Assembly: GCA_016866385.1 (NCBI GenBank)
Contig: VGMU01000006.1
Span: 9,750-73,749 of the forward strand
Length of the DNA: 64,000 bases
Reading direction: 5' to 3'
Origin: Bacteroidota bacterium
GTDB taxonomy: Bacteria; Bacteroidota; Bacteroidia; Cytophagales; Cyclobacteriaceae
In this document: positions 47,416-57,528 of the stretch, piece after piece
Layout: each line of letters begins with the position of its first letter
Numbering within the stretch: position 1 is the first letter of the stretch
Notes under the pieces: generated by a model
What the model saw: the letters and a program-made list of their open reading frames with translations, nothing else
The model's database searches: none
Told to the model about the DNA's origin: nothing
Position numbers and translations under genes: made by a program

Positions 47416-50097
47416 ATGTTACTCAAAAGCACTTTAAAAAATCTTTTCTTCCTAGGACTTGCCATGTCTTTTCTGGTGGCCTGTGCCAAAAAAGAGGAAG
47501 CCCGGCAACTCACTGGCAACCCTAAAATCGATAAGTTAAAACTTCCAGATGGATTTGTAGCTGAATTAATTTATAGCCCAGGTGAAAACGACCAAGGTTC
47601 TTGGGTAGCCATGACCTTTGACGACAAGGGTAGAATGATTACCTCGGATCAGTATGGATATCTCTACCGTCTGGAATTGCCTCCAATCGGTTCGGATTCT
47701 ACTGTAAAACCGAAAGTGGAAAAACTTCATGTCGGTAATGTCGCTGACACCTTGGTAGGGATGGGTTATGCGCAGGGGTTACTTTACGCATTCAATTCAC
47801 TTTACGTAATGGTCAATCACAACCCCAATGAAAAATTTAGCCAACCTACAGGACTCTACAGAATTCAAGATCTAGATGGGGACGATCAATTTGAATCCAT
47901 TACTCAGATTCGAGAGCTCAAGGGTCAGCAAGGTGAGCATGGACCACATTCCATGAAGCTCACCCCTGATGGTAAAGGTATTTACCTGATTGCAGGTAAC
48001 CATGTGGATGTTCCAGAAATGAATCATTACCGATTGCCAAGGGTATGGCAAGAGGACAATCTTTTTCCATTGATTAAAGACCCTCGTGGCCATGCAAATG
48101 ACCGAATGGCCCCTGGGGGTTGGATTGCAAAAATTAACCCTGAAGGAACCGAATGGGAGATGATTTCAGCGGGATATAGAAATGCCTTTGACTTCGACTA
48201 CAATGAAGTGGGAGATATTTTTGCCTACGATGCAGATATGGAATGGGACTTTGGTATGCCTTGGTATCGCCCAACCCGTATCAACCATGCTACCAGCGGA
48301 TCAGAGTTTGGTTGGAGAACAGGTAACTCCAAATGGTCTCCAAATTACCCAGACAACCTTCCAGCTGTACTAAACATAGGGCAAGGTTCTCCTACGAATG
48401 CCATGTTTGCGTTTAAAGCAAATTTTCCAAGCAAATACAAAAAAGCCTTGTATGCATTTGATTGGAGTTTTGGAATCATTTATGCCATTCACCTTACTCC
48501 AGAAGGAGCTACTTACAAAGCTGAGGCGGAGGAATTTATTTCAGGCTCACCTCTTCCCTTAACAGATGGAATTATTGGGCCCGATGGAGCTTTCTATTTT
48601 GCAACAGGCGGACGAAGACTTGAATCTGACTTGTATAGAGTTACTTATACAGGAGAGTTGGACAAACATGTGCCTTTAACTGTGGATGACCTCCCGAAAG
48701 AAGCCAAACTAAGAAGGGAACTTGAGCAATACCATCAGGTGGCGGCTCCGGCAGAAGGCCTTACAAAAGCTTGGGCTCATCTGGGACATGCTGACAGGTA
48801 TGTACAATATGCCGCCCGTGTGGCCGTAGAACACCAGCCAGTAGCCACTTGGAAGGCAAAAGCTCTGGCTGAAACCAATCCTTCATCGAAAATACAGGCG
48901 ATCTTGGCCTTGGCTCACCAGGGCTCGGATGCAGATGCAGCTCCCATGCTATCTAGCCTAATGCAATTGGATTACGCATCTCTTTCTGCCACTGATAAGC
49001 AAAACATCCTTCGAACGATTGAGGTGATTTTGGCCCGTCATGATCAAGGAGCTACTGCTAGCAAAGCCCAATTGGTGGCCTATTTAGATCCTCATTACCC
49101 GTCGGATGACAACCTACTCAACCGATCTCTTTCCATCTTGCTCGTGCACCTAGATGCGCCTTCGGCGGTAGGAAAGACACTTGCTTTGCTGAAGAAAGCC
49201 AAAGACGATCCCAACTACCAAAAGACATTTACAGCATCTTCTGATTTGATCTTTAGAAATCCTCAATATGGTTTGGATATCGCTAATATGCTGGCTAACG
49301 TTCCCCCTGCGCAAGCTACCTTCTATGCTACCGTTTTGGGCGGAGCCGATAAAGGCTGGACTCCGGCCCAGCGCGCCGAATATTTTGGATGGATCAAAAA
49401 TGCCCTTACCGCATACAAAGGAGGACGGAGCTACGTAGGCTTCCTGGATCGAACTCGAAAAATGGCTTTGGCCTCTGTGGATAAGGCTGATTTTGAAAAG
49501 TATGATGAGCTATCTGGAGGTAAATTACTTACAGAGAGTGGAAATGATATTGTAAATTCGGGTGTTCAGCCTGAAGGTCCGGGCCGTCGATGGACTCTTG
49601 AGGAAGCAGAACCTTTGGTTGCAAATTTGGTAGGTAGAGACTTAGTCAAAGGGAAAGCCATGTATGCCGCGAGCCTTTGCCAGTCCTGTCACAGCATGCA
49701 AGGTGAAGGAGGGGCGATTGGTCCAGATCTAAGTCAGTTGGGAACACGTTTTTCTGCCAAGGATATTTTAGTGGCCACAATTGACCCTAACGCTACTATT
49801 TCGGATCAATATCATTCTACGGTACTCGAACTAAAAGCCGGAGGATCAATGGTGGGCAAACTCACAGATGAGGATGGGCAATTTTACTACTTATCTCAGA
49901 ACCCATTTGCGCCTTCTGATATTAAAAAGGTGTCTAAAAACACAGTTTCATTCAAGAAAAATGCAGAAGTATCCATCATGATGCCGGGACTTGTCAATCG
50001 ACTCAATGAGGAAGAATTGAAGGACTTGATGGCCTATTTGATTTCGGGAGGCAATGCGAACCATGCGGTGTACAAACAACCTCTGACACAAAAATGA
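47416..50097 (+). CDS. lipoprotein with beta-propeller dehydrogenase-type domain, HEAT-like repeats and C-terminal c-type cytochrome (PVC-type heme-binding protein)
   Basis: Lipobox LVAC-A; propeller-like N-half; helical repeat middle; CQSCH heme motif. Same domain order as 30774-33932 minus the SGNH domain. Confidence 0.75.
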   Translation: MLLKSTLKNLFFLGLAMSFLVACAKKEEARQLTGNPKIDKLKLPDGFVAELIYSPGENDQGSWVAMTFDDKGRMITSDQYGYLYRLELPPIGSDSTVKPKVEKLHVGNVADTLVGMGYAQGLLYAFNSLYVMVNHNPNEKFSQPTGLYRIQDLDGDDQFESITQIRELKGQQGEHGPHSMKLTPDGKGIYLIAGNHVDVPEMNHYRLPRVWQEDNLFPLIKDPRGHANDRMAPGGWIAKINPEGTEWEMISAGYRNAFDFDYNEVGDIFAYDADMEWDFGMPWYRPTRINHATSGSEFGWRTGNSKWSPNYPDNLPAVLNIGQGSPTNAMFAFKANFPSKYKKALYAFDWSFGIIYAIHLTPEGATYKAEAEEFISGSPLPLTDGIIGPDGAFYFATGGRRLESDLYRVTYTGELDKHVPLTVDDLPKEAKLRRELEQYHQVAAPAEGLTKAWAHLGHADRYVQYAARVAVEHQPVATWKAKALAETNPSSKIQAILALAHQGSDADAAPMLSSLMQLDYASLSATDKQNILRTIEVILARHDQGATASKAQLVAYLDPHYPSDDNLLNRSLSILLVHLDAPSAVGKTLALLKKAKDDPNYQKTFTASSDLIFRNPQYGLDIANMLANVPPAQATFYATVLGGADKGWTPAQRAEYFGWIKNALTAYKGGRSYVGFLDRTRKMALASVDKADFEKYDELSGGKLLTESGNDIVNSGVQPEGPGRRWTLEEAEPLVANLVGRDLVKGKAMYAASLCQSCHSMQGEGGAIGPDLSQLGTRFSAKDILVATIDPNATISDQYHSTVLELKAGGSMVGKLTDEDGQFYYLSQNPFAPSDIKKVSKNTVSFKKNAEVSIMMPGLVNRLNEEELKDLMAYLISGGNANHAVYKQPLTQK

Positions 50098-50885
50098 TTC
50101 GCTCCATGACGCTTAAAATTTGGGGGGTCCTAGGCTTGCTGATGCTCGCCTCCTGGATATCCTGGACCTTGTCTTTAGACTCAAGCAACCCAGTACAGGC
50201 GGCGGAGCAGCAGGTAGACTTCATCTCTCTTTTTGATGGAAAAAGTCTTGAGGGTTGGGAATATGATCCCATTTACTGGTCGGTCAAAGACGAGGCGATT
50301 GTGGGAGAAATTACCGCTGCAACGGTTCTTAAGAATAATACCTTCATCATCTGGAAAGGGGAAGAGCTCGGAGATTTTGAGTTGAAGGTGGATTTTTGGA
50401 TTTCAGAAAAAGGAAACTCCGGGGTGCAATACCGAAGCGATCGATTCACGGAGGTACCCTATGCCCTTCGCGGCTACCAAGCAGACATCGATGGGGGCAA
50501 CCGCTACACGGGTCAAAACTACGAAGAGCGAAAGCGGACCACTTTGGCTTACCGAGGTCAGAAGACGCAAATTGCTTCGGCACCTGACTCCATCCCCTCA
50601 ATAGGTGGATACGTGAGCAACAATGCCTGGAAAGGATTAATCCTTATAGAGGAGTTGGGTGACCGCGCTACCTTGGGGAATCTGATCAAAAAGGAGGAGT
50701 GGAACACGATGCAAATCGTAGCCAAGGGGAATCTAATGAAGCATTATGTCAACGGTACGCTGATGAGTGAGGTGTTGGATGCTGATGCTAAAAACAGAAA
50801 TCTTAAAGGATTGCTTGGATTCCAAGTCCATGTAGGTCCTCCCATGAAAGTGATGTTTAAAAATATTTTCTTGAAAAAAGGCTAA
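50094..50885 (+). CDS. DUF1080 (3-keto-disaccharide hydrolase-like, concanavalin-fold) secreted protein
   Basis: Signal peptide; FISLFDGKSLEGW, GNSGVQYR and GFQVHVGPPMKVMFKNIFLK are characteristic DUF1080 segments. ATGA overlap with the upstream gene. Confidence 0.8.
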   Translation: MIRSMTLKIWGVLGLLMLASWISWTLSLDSSNPVQAAEQQVDFISLFDGKSLEGWEYDPIYWSVKDEAIVGEITAATVLKNNTFIIWKGEELGDFELKVDFWISEKGNSGVQYRSDRFTEVPYALRGYQADIDGGNRYTGQNYEERKRTTLAYRGQKTQIASAPDSIPSIGGYVSNNAWKGLILIEELGDRATLGNLIKKEEWNTMQIVAKGNLMKHYVNGTLMSEVLDADAKNRNLKGLLGFQVHVGPPMKVMFKNIFLKKG

Positions 50886-50923
50886 GAAAGATTGACCCAA
50901 CCCTGGATTTTAGGATAAAAAAA

Positions 50924-51979
50924 ATGAAGCATCAAGCCTCCCAAAATTGGAAGCATACCCTCTCCAACTCCCAGCAACTGGGAGGGATAGAAACTTCCGT
51001 TTTGGATAATGGTGCTGGTCGTGGAGTTCGTATCGCTTGGATCAATACAGGTACTGGCCTTCGCTACAAGGTGGTGCTCGACCGGGGCATGGATATTTTG
51101 GATGCCTTTTTCAATGAACATAGCCTGGCCTGGATTTCTCATGCTGGCTTGACTGCTCCCCAACCCTTTTCCAATCAAGGGATTGATTGGCTTCGCACCT
51201 TTGGTGGAGGCTTGTTGACTACTTGCGGATTATCCAATGCCGGCCCTCCTAATTCCGATGCAAATGGATCCCGAGGCTTGCATGGCAATTATTCCAACCT
51301 ATCCGCCGAAATCATTTCCATCAAGCAGCCCGATATTTTCTCTGGGGACTTGGGATTTGAGGTGGTAGGGAAAGCCACCGAAAGCAGCACTTTTGGTCCC
51401 AGTTTGGAACTCCTTAGACGGATCTCCGGAACCATTGGATCCGCAGAAATTAGGATACAGGACCAAGTCACGAATCGTGGGAATGCAAAGGCCCCACACA
51501 TGCTGCTTTACCATATCAATTGTGGATGGCCCTTGATTGATAAAGGAACGCGGATTGTCTGGCAGGGTGAGTTGCAACCGAGACCAGGAGAGTCTGACAT
51601 TCGTCAAAATTCCAGAAAAGAGGGTTTCAGACACTGCCCAGCTCCCATGGATAGCCATGCTGGTTTTGGGGAAGAGGTTGCCTTTATTGACCCGCAGGGA
51701 GATCAGGAGCAACAGGTGGTCTGTGGCTATGCCAACGATCCCTTGGGATTGGGACTAAAGATTTCCTTTTCCAAAGAACAATTGCCCTGGCTTATCCATT
51801 GGCAGCATTGGGGGAAAAATGAATACGTGACCGCGCTTGAGCCGGCTACAAACCCACCGATTGGACAGGCTGCTGCACGAGCGAATCAGAATTTGGTAGA
51901 GCTAGAGCCAGGAGAAACCCGAAATTATGACCTCCACCTCAGCGTATTGGTAGGTGAGGCCGCTCTGGAATTTTCTTGA
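50924..51979 (+). CDS. DUF4432 / aldose-1-epimerase-like protein
   Basis: No signal peptide. GVRIAWINTGTGLRYKVVLDRGMDILDAFFN and LHGNYSN segments resemble the galactose-mutarotase-like DUF4432 family. Confidence 0.6.
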   Translation: MKHQASQNWKHTLSNSQQLGGIETSVLDNGAGRGVRIAWINTGTGLRYKVVLDRGMDILDAFFNEHSLAWISHAGLTAPQPFSNQGIDWLRTFGGGLLTTCGLSNAGPPNSDANGSRGLHGNYSNLSAEIISIKQPDIFSGDLGFEVVGKATESSTFGPSLELLRRISGTIGSAEIRIQDQVTNRGNAKAPHMLLYHINCGWPLIDKGTRIVWQGELQPRPGESDIRQNSRKEGFRHCPAPMDSHAGFGEEVAFIDPQGDQEQQVVCGYANDPLGLGLKISFSKEQLPWLIHWQHWGKNEYVTALEPATNPPIGQAAARANQNLVELEPGETRNYDLHLSVLVGEAALEFS

Positions 51980-52058
51980 TCCAGTTCAAAAGGACCTGCC
52001 ACTTGTTCAATGATTTAAACGAAAAAAATAGAGGAACACTAACCCAAAATACAGACCT

Positions 52059-53267
52059 ATGAGTTTTGCCAGAAAAGCGCTCGAACAGGGCGAAGGAATT
52101 GTAAGATTGACCCCTACTTGGGTGCCCCGGTCTTTTTGTGTGCCGGGACGAAGAATAAAACTGCACCCTGACGATTATTATGCCTTTGGGGGCATGCGTG
52201 GAGGGATCGATGAACGCTGGTTTGCCTCTACCACTGCTGCCCAAAACGGACCCCTTACTTCAAAAAATGAAGGACTGAGTCACATTGCCCTGGAGGATGG
52301 CGGCAAAGTAACCCTCGGGCTGCTCAAGGATGCTGTGGAGGAACTCGGAGCTGACCTGATCGGTTCTCGCCTTTGGAACGAATTCAAGTCCTGGCCCATG
52401 TACTCCAAATTTTTTGACAACATGGGCCCTTTGCCGCACCACATCCACCCTTCGGATGAATTTGGCAAACTGACAGGTCAAAATGGAAAGCCAGAAGCCT
52501 ACTATTTTCCCCCACAAGTAAATAACCATGGTGGAGATTTTCCTTACACTTTTTTTGGCATAGCGCCGGGAACGAGTAAGGAGACGATTCTGGATTGCTT
52601 GAAAAACTTCAATAAAGGAGACAATAAGATCACCAATTACTCCCAAGCGTTTCGCTTGCAGCCAGGGACGGGTTGGGATGTGCCTCCCGGAATGCTCCAT
52701 GCTCCGGGTAGCATGTGTACCTACGAACCGCAAAAAGCTTCCGATATCTTTGCCATGTACCAATCCTTGGTGAACGAAGCCATTATTCCGGAGGAATTGC
52801 TCTGGAATGCATGTCCAAAAAACCGCTGGGGAGACTACGAACTCTTGCTAGAGATGATCGACTGGGATCTTAACGTCAATCCCAACTTGATGGACAACCA
52901 CTACATGGAACCCAAGCCGGTAGCGGATCCCACTCACATGCAGGCTTCGGGCTACCAGGAATCCTGGATTTGCTACCGTTCTCAGGACTACAGTGCCAAG
53001 GAATTGACCGTGCTACCTGGGCAGACCGTCGTGATTCGAGATGCCGCGGCCTATGGCATGATCATGATGCAAGGGCATGGAAAAATGGGGGTTTGGGATA
53101 TTGAAACGCCTTCGCTGATCCGTTTTGGCCAGTTGACCCAGGATGAATATTTCGTATCCGAAGCTGCTGCGAAGGCAGGGGTAAAAATTACCAATACCTC
53201 CAAATCAGATCCTATTGTGATGCTCAAGCATTTTGGGCCCAAAAACCCAGATTTAAAAGTGGTCTAG
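52059..53267 (+). CDS. cupin-fold, class I mannose-6-phosphate-isomerase-like putative sugar isomerase
   Basis: The order of ERWFAST...NG, LPHHIHPSDE, PEAYYF and PPGMLHAPGS parallels the metal-site segments of type I PMI/cupin isomerases. Assignment is by eye only. Confidence 0.45.
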   Translation: MSFARKALEQGEGIVRLTPTWVPRSFCVPGRRIKLHPDDYYAFGGMRGGIDERWFASTTAAQNGPLTSKNEGLSHIALEDGGKVTLGLLKDAVEELGADLIGSRLWNEFKSWPMYSKFFDNMGPLPHHIHPSDEFGKLTGQNGKPEAYYFPPQVNNHGGDFPYTFFGIAPGTSKETILDCLKNFNKGDNKITNYSQAFRLQPGTGWDVPPGMLHAPGSMCTYEPQKASDIFAMYQSLVNEAIIPEELLWNACPKNRWGDYELLLEMIDWDLNVNPNLMDNHYMEPKPVADPTHMQASGYQESWICYRSQDYSAKELTVLPGQTVVIRDAAAYGMIMMQGHGKMGVWDIETPSLIRFGQLTQDEYFVSEAAAKAGVKITNTSKSDPIVMLKHFGPKNPDLKVV

Positions 53268-53300
53268 GCCATATCCCTCACTATAAAACCCAAAATACCT

Positions 53301-54326
53301 ATGAAAAATCTTCCCAAAATTCACAATGCCACCTGGCCGGGGCTGGTAGGAAAAGGGCCTGATTCTGAGCCAGTTATTTCATTGGACGATTTACTTCGTC
53401 TGACTGCCTCCGCGGAGGTCAATGGAATTAAATTTGATGGAATAGATGTAGGCCTGTTGGAGCCGCATATTTTCTTAGATCGCCCCGATGAGGCTAAGAA
53501 ATTTGCAGAAAAGGTGTCAGGCTACGGCTTAAAAGTGGGTTCCTTGGTAGCTCCCATCTGGGCAGGGTCGGCCATGGGTACAGCCGATCAGCGCAAAACT
53601 TTTGTGGAGATGGTCCGCAAGGCCTGCCTGTTTGGTCAGCAGTTGAGGCAACTTGGCGTAAGAGATTATGGAATCGTACGGATAGACTCTGCTGCAGGAG
53701 TAGCCGACTGGGCCAAGGATCCACTCGGTAATTCCAAATTGATCTCCCAAACTTTTCAAGAGGCGGCAGATGTAGCTGCTGATTTTGGAGAAAAGCTCGC
53801 TGCAGAGGGAGAAATTTGTTGGGGAGGGATGCACAGTTGGAAACACATGCTGGAACTTTTGGAAATGACCGATAGATCCAATGTGGGATTTCAGGCCGAT
53901 ATGTCTCATACCTTTCTGTATACCTTGGGTTACAATGCTCCAGAACACAGGATCTTGCCTGCGGATGCCAAACTAAGTGATAGGGAGGCTATTAAAGCAG
54001 CCCTAAAAACCTTATCTGCAGCCTTAAGGCCTTGGACTATAGATTTCCATGTGGCACAAAACGACGGTTCGGTTTTTGGATCTGGTTCTCACGACAAAAC
54101 GGGTCGTCACTGTCAAGCTACTGACCCCAACGGAGTATTGGATATTGCGCAGGATGCTGGATATTGGTTGAGGGACGAAAAAGGAAATCCAACCCAGGCC
54201 ATGCGCCATATTTGTTGGGATGGATGCATGTTTCCCAACGCGGTGATGGAAAGGCAACAAACTTGGAACGAGGTTCTTGCTGCACTCATCCAAGTGAGGG
54301 AAGCCCATGGCACAGGATTGGCCTAA
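53301..54326 (+). CDS. xylose-isomerase-like TIM-barrel protein (sugar phosphate isomerase/epimerase family)
   Basis: Length and alternating beta/alpha pattern. Conserved acidic/His positions ([26 protein letters not shown]) are typical of AP-endonuclease-2/xylose-isomerase-like barrels. Confidence 0.65.
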   Translation: MKNLPKIHNATWPGLVGKGPDSEPVISLDDLLRLTASAEVNGIKFDGIDVGLLEPHIFLDRPDEAKKFAEKVSGYGLKVGSLVAPIWAGSAMGTADQRKTFVEMVRKACLFGQQLRQLGVRDYGIVRIDSAAGVADWAKDPLGNSKLISQTFQEAADVAADFGEKLAAEGEICWGGMHSWKHMLELLEMTDRSNVGFQADMSHTFLYTLGYNAPEHRILPADAKLSDREAIKAALKTLSAALRPWTIDFHVAQNDGSVFGSGSHDKTGRHCQATDPNGVLDIAQDAGYWLRDEKGNPTQAMRHICWDGCMFPNAVMERQQTWNEVLAALIQVREAHGTGLA

Positions 54327-54364
54327 AAATTTTCCACTTTTTTTTCAAATAAAATTCTAGAATC

Positions 54365-55531
54365 ATGAGCAATAAAAAATTAATAAGAGTAGGTCTTATC
54401 GGCACAGGGCTGATGGGAAGAATACATACCAACGGTTACAAGCGCTTGGCTGACTTTTTTCCTGAATACGAATACCGACCTGTATTGCAAGCCTGCTGCT
54501 CCCGAAGAGAAGCCAATGCAAAGGCCTTTATGGAACGCTGGAACTATGCTTCCTACGAAACCGACTGGAAGAAGTTGATAGGCAGAGACGATATTGACGC
54601 GGTGGATATCTGCACGCCAAACGACATGCACGCAGAAATCGCCATTGCTGCAGCGAAGGCTGGCAAAATGATTCTCTGTGAAAAGCCGCTAGCCCGAACC
54701 GTGGCCGAAGCCAAAGGTATGCTAGAGGCCGTGGAAAAAGCAGGCGTAAAAAACACCGTCTGGTACAATTACCGCCGAGTACCGGCTGTGACTCTTGCCA
54801 AAAACATTGTGGCTTCCGGTAAACTGGGCAAGATTTTTCATTACCGAGCCAACTTCCTTCAAGATTGGACCATCAATCCGGACTTGCCTCAAGGAGGAGA
54901 TGGCACCTGGAGATTGGATGTAGATTCAGCAGGTTCAGGGGTAACAGGGGACTTACTGGCCCATTGCATAGATACGGCCATGTGGATCAATGGAGGCATC
55001 AAGGATGTTTCCGCCATGACCGAGACTTTTGTAAAGGAGCGTGTGCATACGGACACGGGCAAAAAGCAGGCAGTAGGTATTGACGATGCTTGTATTTTTC
55101 ATTGCCACTTTGACAATGGTTCCCTTGGACTTTTTGAAGCCACGCGCTATGCACGAGGACACAAGGCCCTGTACACCCTCGAAATCAATGGAGAGCATGC
55201 TTCCATCCGTTGGGATTTGCACGATTTGACCCGTTTGGAATATTTTGACCACAGCGACGAAGGCAAGGTGCGCGGCTGGCGATCCATTCACGTGACCGAT
55301 GGAGATCACCCTTACATGCACCGCTGGTGGATCCCAGGAACTTCCATTGGCTACGAGCACTCCTTTATCCACCAAGTGGCTGATTTCTTCCACAGTTTGG
55401 AAACTGGAGAGTCTTGTCACCCTACCTTCCGTGATGCTTTTGAAACGCAGAAAGTGTGTGAAGCAGTTCTCGACTCAGCACGCGATCGAGCATGGAAAGA
55501 TACCGGGGTGGAGTGGATTGAGAAGGTGTGA
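54365..55531 (+). CDS. cytoplasmic Gfo/Idh/MocA-family NAD(P)-dependent oxidoreductase
   Basis: Rossmann [17 protein letters not shown] motif and C-terminal alpha/beta dimerisation domain. No signal peptide. Confidence 0.88.
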   Translation: MSNKKLIRVGLIGTGLMGRIHTNGYKRLADFFPEYEYRPVLQACCSRREANAKAFMERWNYASYETDWKKLIGRDDIDAVDICTPNDMHAEIAIAAAKAGKMILCEKPLARTVAEAKGMLEAVEKAGVKNTVWYNYRRVPAVTLAKNIVASGKLGKIFHYRANFLQDWTINPDLPQGGDGTWRLDVDSAGSGVTGDLLAHCIDTAMWINGGIKDVSAMTETFVKERVHTDTGKKQAVGIDDACIFHCHFDNGSLGLFEATRYARGHKALYTLEINGEHASIRWDLHDLTRLEYFDHSDEGKVRGWRSIHVTDGDHPYMHRWWIPGTSIGYEHSFIHQVADFFHSLETGESCHPTFRDAFETQKVCEAVLDSARDRAWKDTGVEWIEKV

Positions 55532-55563
55532 AGCTAACCTGAATTCAATCCCATTTTAAAAAA

Positions 55564-55599
55564 AACTCCTGGTGGATGAGAATCCTGCAGGAGTTTTTT
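55564..55599 (+). terminator. rho-independent terminator ending the SusC/D-linked gene row
   Basis: 8-bp stem AACTCCTG/CAGGAGTT with an inner GGAT/ATCC stem, followed by TTTTTT. Confidence 0.7.
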
Positions 55600-55717
55600 G
55601 TCTTTAAAAATCTTAAAACAGGAAGATTAAAAAAGGTTTTCCAGATTGAGTAAAGGAACAGGTCTGTTGAGCAAAAAAAACTCCTACCTAGATTTGGATT
55701 GGAAGGCGAAGACTTGG

Positions 55718-56509
55718 CTAAGGTAGGTTGCCATTTGCATCGACACTAAACTTCCATTTCTCTAGGTAACAGTCATTCGAAACATTGGCTGTAGTACATT
55801 TCTGTTGGAGGCCTTCTATGGTTAGAACCCCATCACTCAGGCTGATTTTTTCTCCGTATTCGTTAAAAAATCCACCATAGGTTTTTTGCCAGACAATTTC
55901 TCCTTTTTCATCTGTTCTGATAAGCAGGATGTCATAGTTGCCTGCTCCAAAGGAACTTGTAGAGCCAAGCAGGAAGTATCCACCATCTGAGATAGGAAGT
56001 ACCGCACTTGCTTTATCATAGCTTGTGCCTCCATAGGTTTTTTGAAGTTGAATTACGCCTTCGTTAGTTAAAACAGTAAGTTGGAAATCACAGGAGGTTT
56101 CGGTCTCACAATTAATGGTTTGGAGGGTTACTTTTTCTGTAATTCCTTCCCGGGCTTTTACAGAGTTAGGAGAGGCTAACCAAAAAGTAGCGAGAGAAAT
56201 CAAGGCGATGGATGCGAACATAAAGAGGATTTTAGGGTGATTTTTTTTAGAAAAAAAGAGGGAGCTAGAGGCAACTAATTTTGATTTCTTGGGAGAAGTT
56301 GGTGCCGATAGCTGCCAATTTGGAGCTACTTCTTCTCGCTCCAGTGCGAGTAGGTCAACCAATTTGCCCAGGGTATAGGCACTTGGTTCCACCTTTCCTT
56401 TTTCAATCCGTTGGATGGTGCGGAGAGTCACACCGCAACATATTGCGAGATCGGATTGTGTCCAATTGAGGTTTTTTCTAGCAACTTTAACTTTTTCAGC
56501 AAGGGTCAT
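55718..56509 (-). CDS. membrane-anchored XRE-type HTH protein with extracytoplasmic repeat domain
   Basis: N-terminal HTH (LNWTQSDLAICCGVTLRTIQRIEKG), one TM helix (ILFMFASIALISLATFWL), and a C-terminal domain with repeated TYGG...GGYFLLG motifs. Confidence 0.7.
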   Translation of the reverse strand: MTLAEKVKVARKNLNWTQSDLAICCGVTLRTIQRIEKGKVEPSAYTLGKLVDLLALEREEVAPNWQLSAPTSPKKSKLVASSSLFFSKKNHPKILFMFASIALISLATFWLASPNSVKAREGITEKVTLQTINCETETSCDFQLTVLTNEGVIQLQKTYGGTSYDKASAVLPISDGGYFLLGSTSSFGAGNYDILLIRTDEKGEIVWQKTYGGFFNEYGEKISLSDGVLTIEGLQQKCTTANVSNDCYLEKWKFSVDANGNLP

Positions 56510-56608
56510 CCCTCAAATATGGCTGGAATAATGCTCGAAAAAAAGAGAGGGGCTATGACATCTATGCGACATTTGCCTAGAGGGTAATTGGGAGATGCAA
56601 CAAAGCAA

Positions 56609-56648
56609 CAAAAAAACTCCTACCTCGAATGAACTAGGTAGGAGTTTT
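56609..56648 (-). terminator. rho-independent terminator of the DUF2911 gene
   Basis: 13-bp stem AAAACTCCTACCT/AGGTAGGAGTTTT with a 10-nt loop. The plus-strand A-run supplies the minus-strand T-run. Confidence 0.7.
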
Positions 56649-56676
56649 AGGAGATTAGAGTCTTTCTCGGAAAAGC

Positions 56677-57273
56677 TTAAAACTGACTTTTAAATTGCTC
56701 CATTTTTTGATCGACAAGGGTATCTACCATAAAGGACAGGGATATATTTTCCCAAGACAAGGTTACTTTGGCCACCTTGTTGTTTTCAGCTGAAATGCTG
56801 TACTGAAGTCTTTCGGAAGTAGGAATGGCTACAGGGCTTGCTTTAAGAGCTATGGCATCGTCAGCAGCTAGAGCAGCTTCATCAATTTTACCGTCTTTCA
56901 TGTAAGCATACACGCTTTCTGCTTTTTTGTTGAGGTGAATGGTCCATTCTCCTGAGGCGGCAGGGGTTACGAAAATGGAATATTTCCCTGCAGCAAGATT
57001 TTTTCCACCAACATTGACTTGCGTACTAAATTCAATTATGGTTTGGGAATTGGCGCCTGCTCTCCAGCTTTCTCCGTACTTCACTACATTCCCGAAAATC
57101 TTTCTTCCCTTTACAGCAGGGGAAGAGTAATCCATACTAATTTTAGTGAATCCAACTACCTGACTTACGTGGGCTGCAGGACTTGCAGCAGGTTGTTGAA
57201 GTTGGGCCAAAGCAGAAAAAGAACCTACGAGCAAAAATGCAAGAGTAAGAAGGGTGTTTTGAAGGTGTTTCAT
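56677..57273 (-). CDS. secreted DUF2911 protein
   Basis: Signal peptide ending ALAQ; SPAVKGRKIFG..V.YG..WRAGAN and GKYSIFVTP...WTIHLNK match DUF2911 hallmarks. Confidence 0.7.
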   Translation of the reverse strand: MKHLQNTLLTLAFLLVGSFSALAQLQQPAASPAAHVSQVVGFTKISMDYSSPAVKGRKIFGNVVKYGESWRAGANSQTIIEFSTQVNVGGKNLAAGKYSIFVTPAASGEWTIHLNKKAESVYAYMKDGKIDEAALAADDAIALKASPVAIPTSERLQYSISAENNKVAKVTLSWENISLSFMVDTLVDQKMEQFKSQF

Positions 57274-57528
57274 GGATGTGATTTTTTTGGGTTAAAATCG
57301 TGAATCAAACAAAAAAAATAGCTGCTTGTTCAAAAAAAAGCACGCCTGTTTCCAAAACTGATTTTTGTCAGTTTTCAACGATGAAGATTCCTTTATCTTG
57401 GGACCACCAATCCAAGAGTGGATTCGCCACTAAAAAAGGAATCCCTTGGAGGGTAATTTTTGACAGTCTTTACTGTTTAACCTGTTTTCGGAAGAAATCT
57501 ACAAATCCTTCCCTAAGTTTTTTAACAC

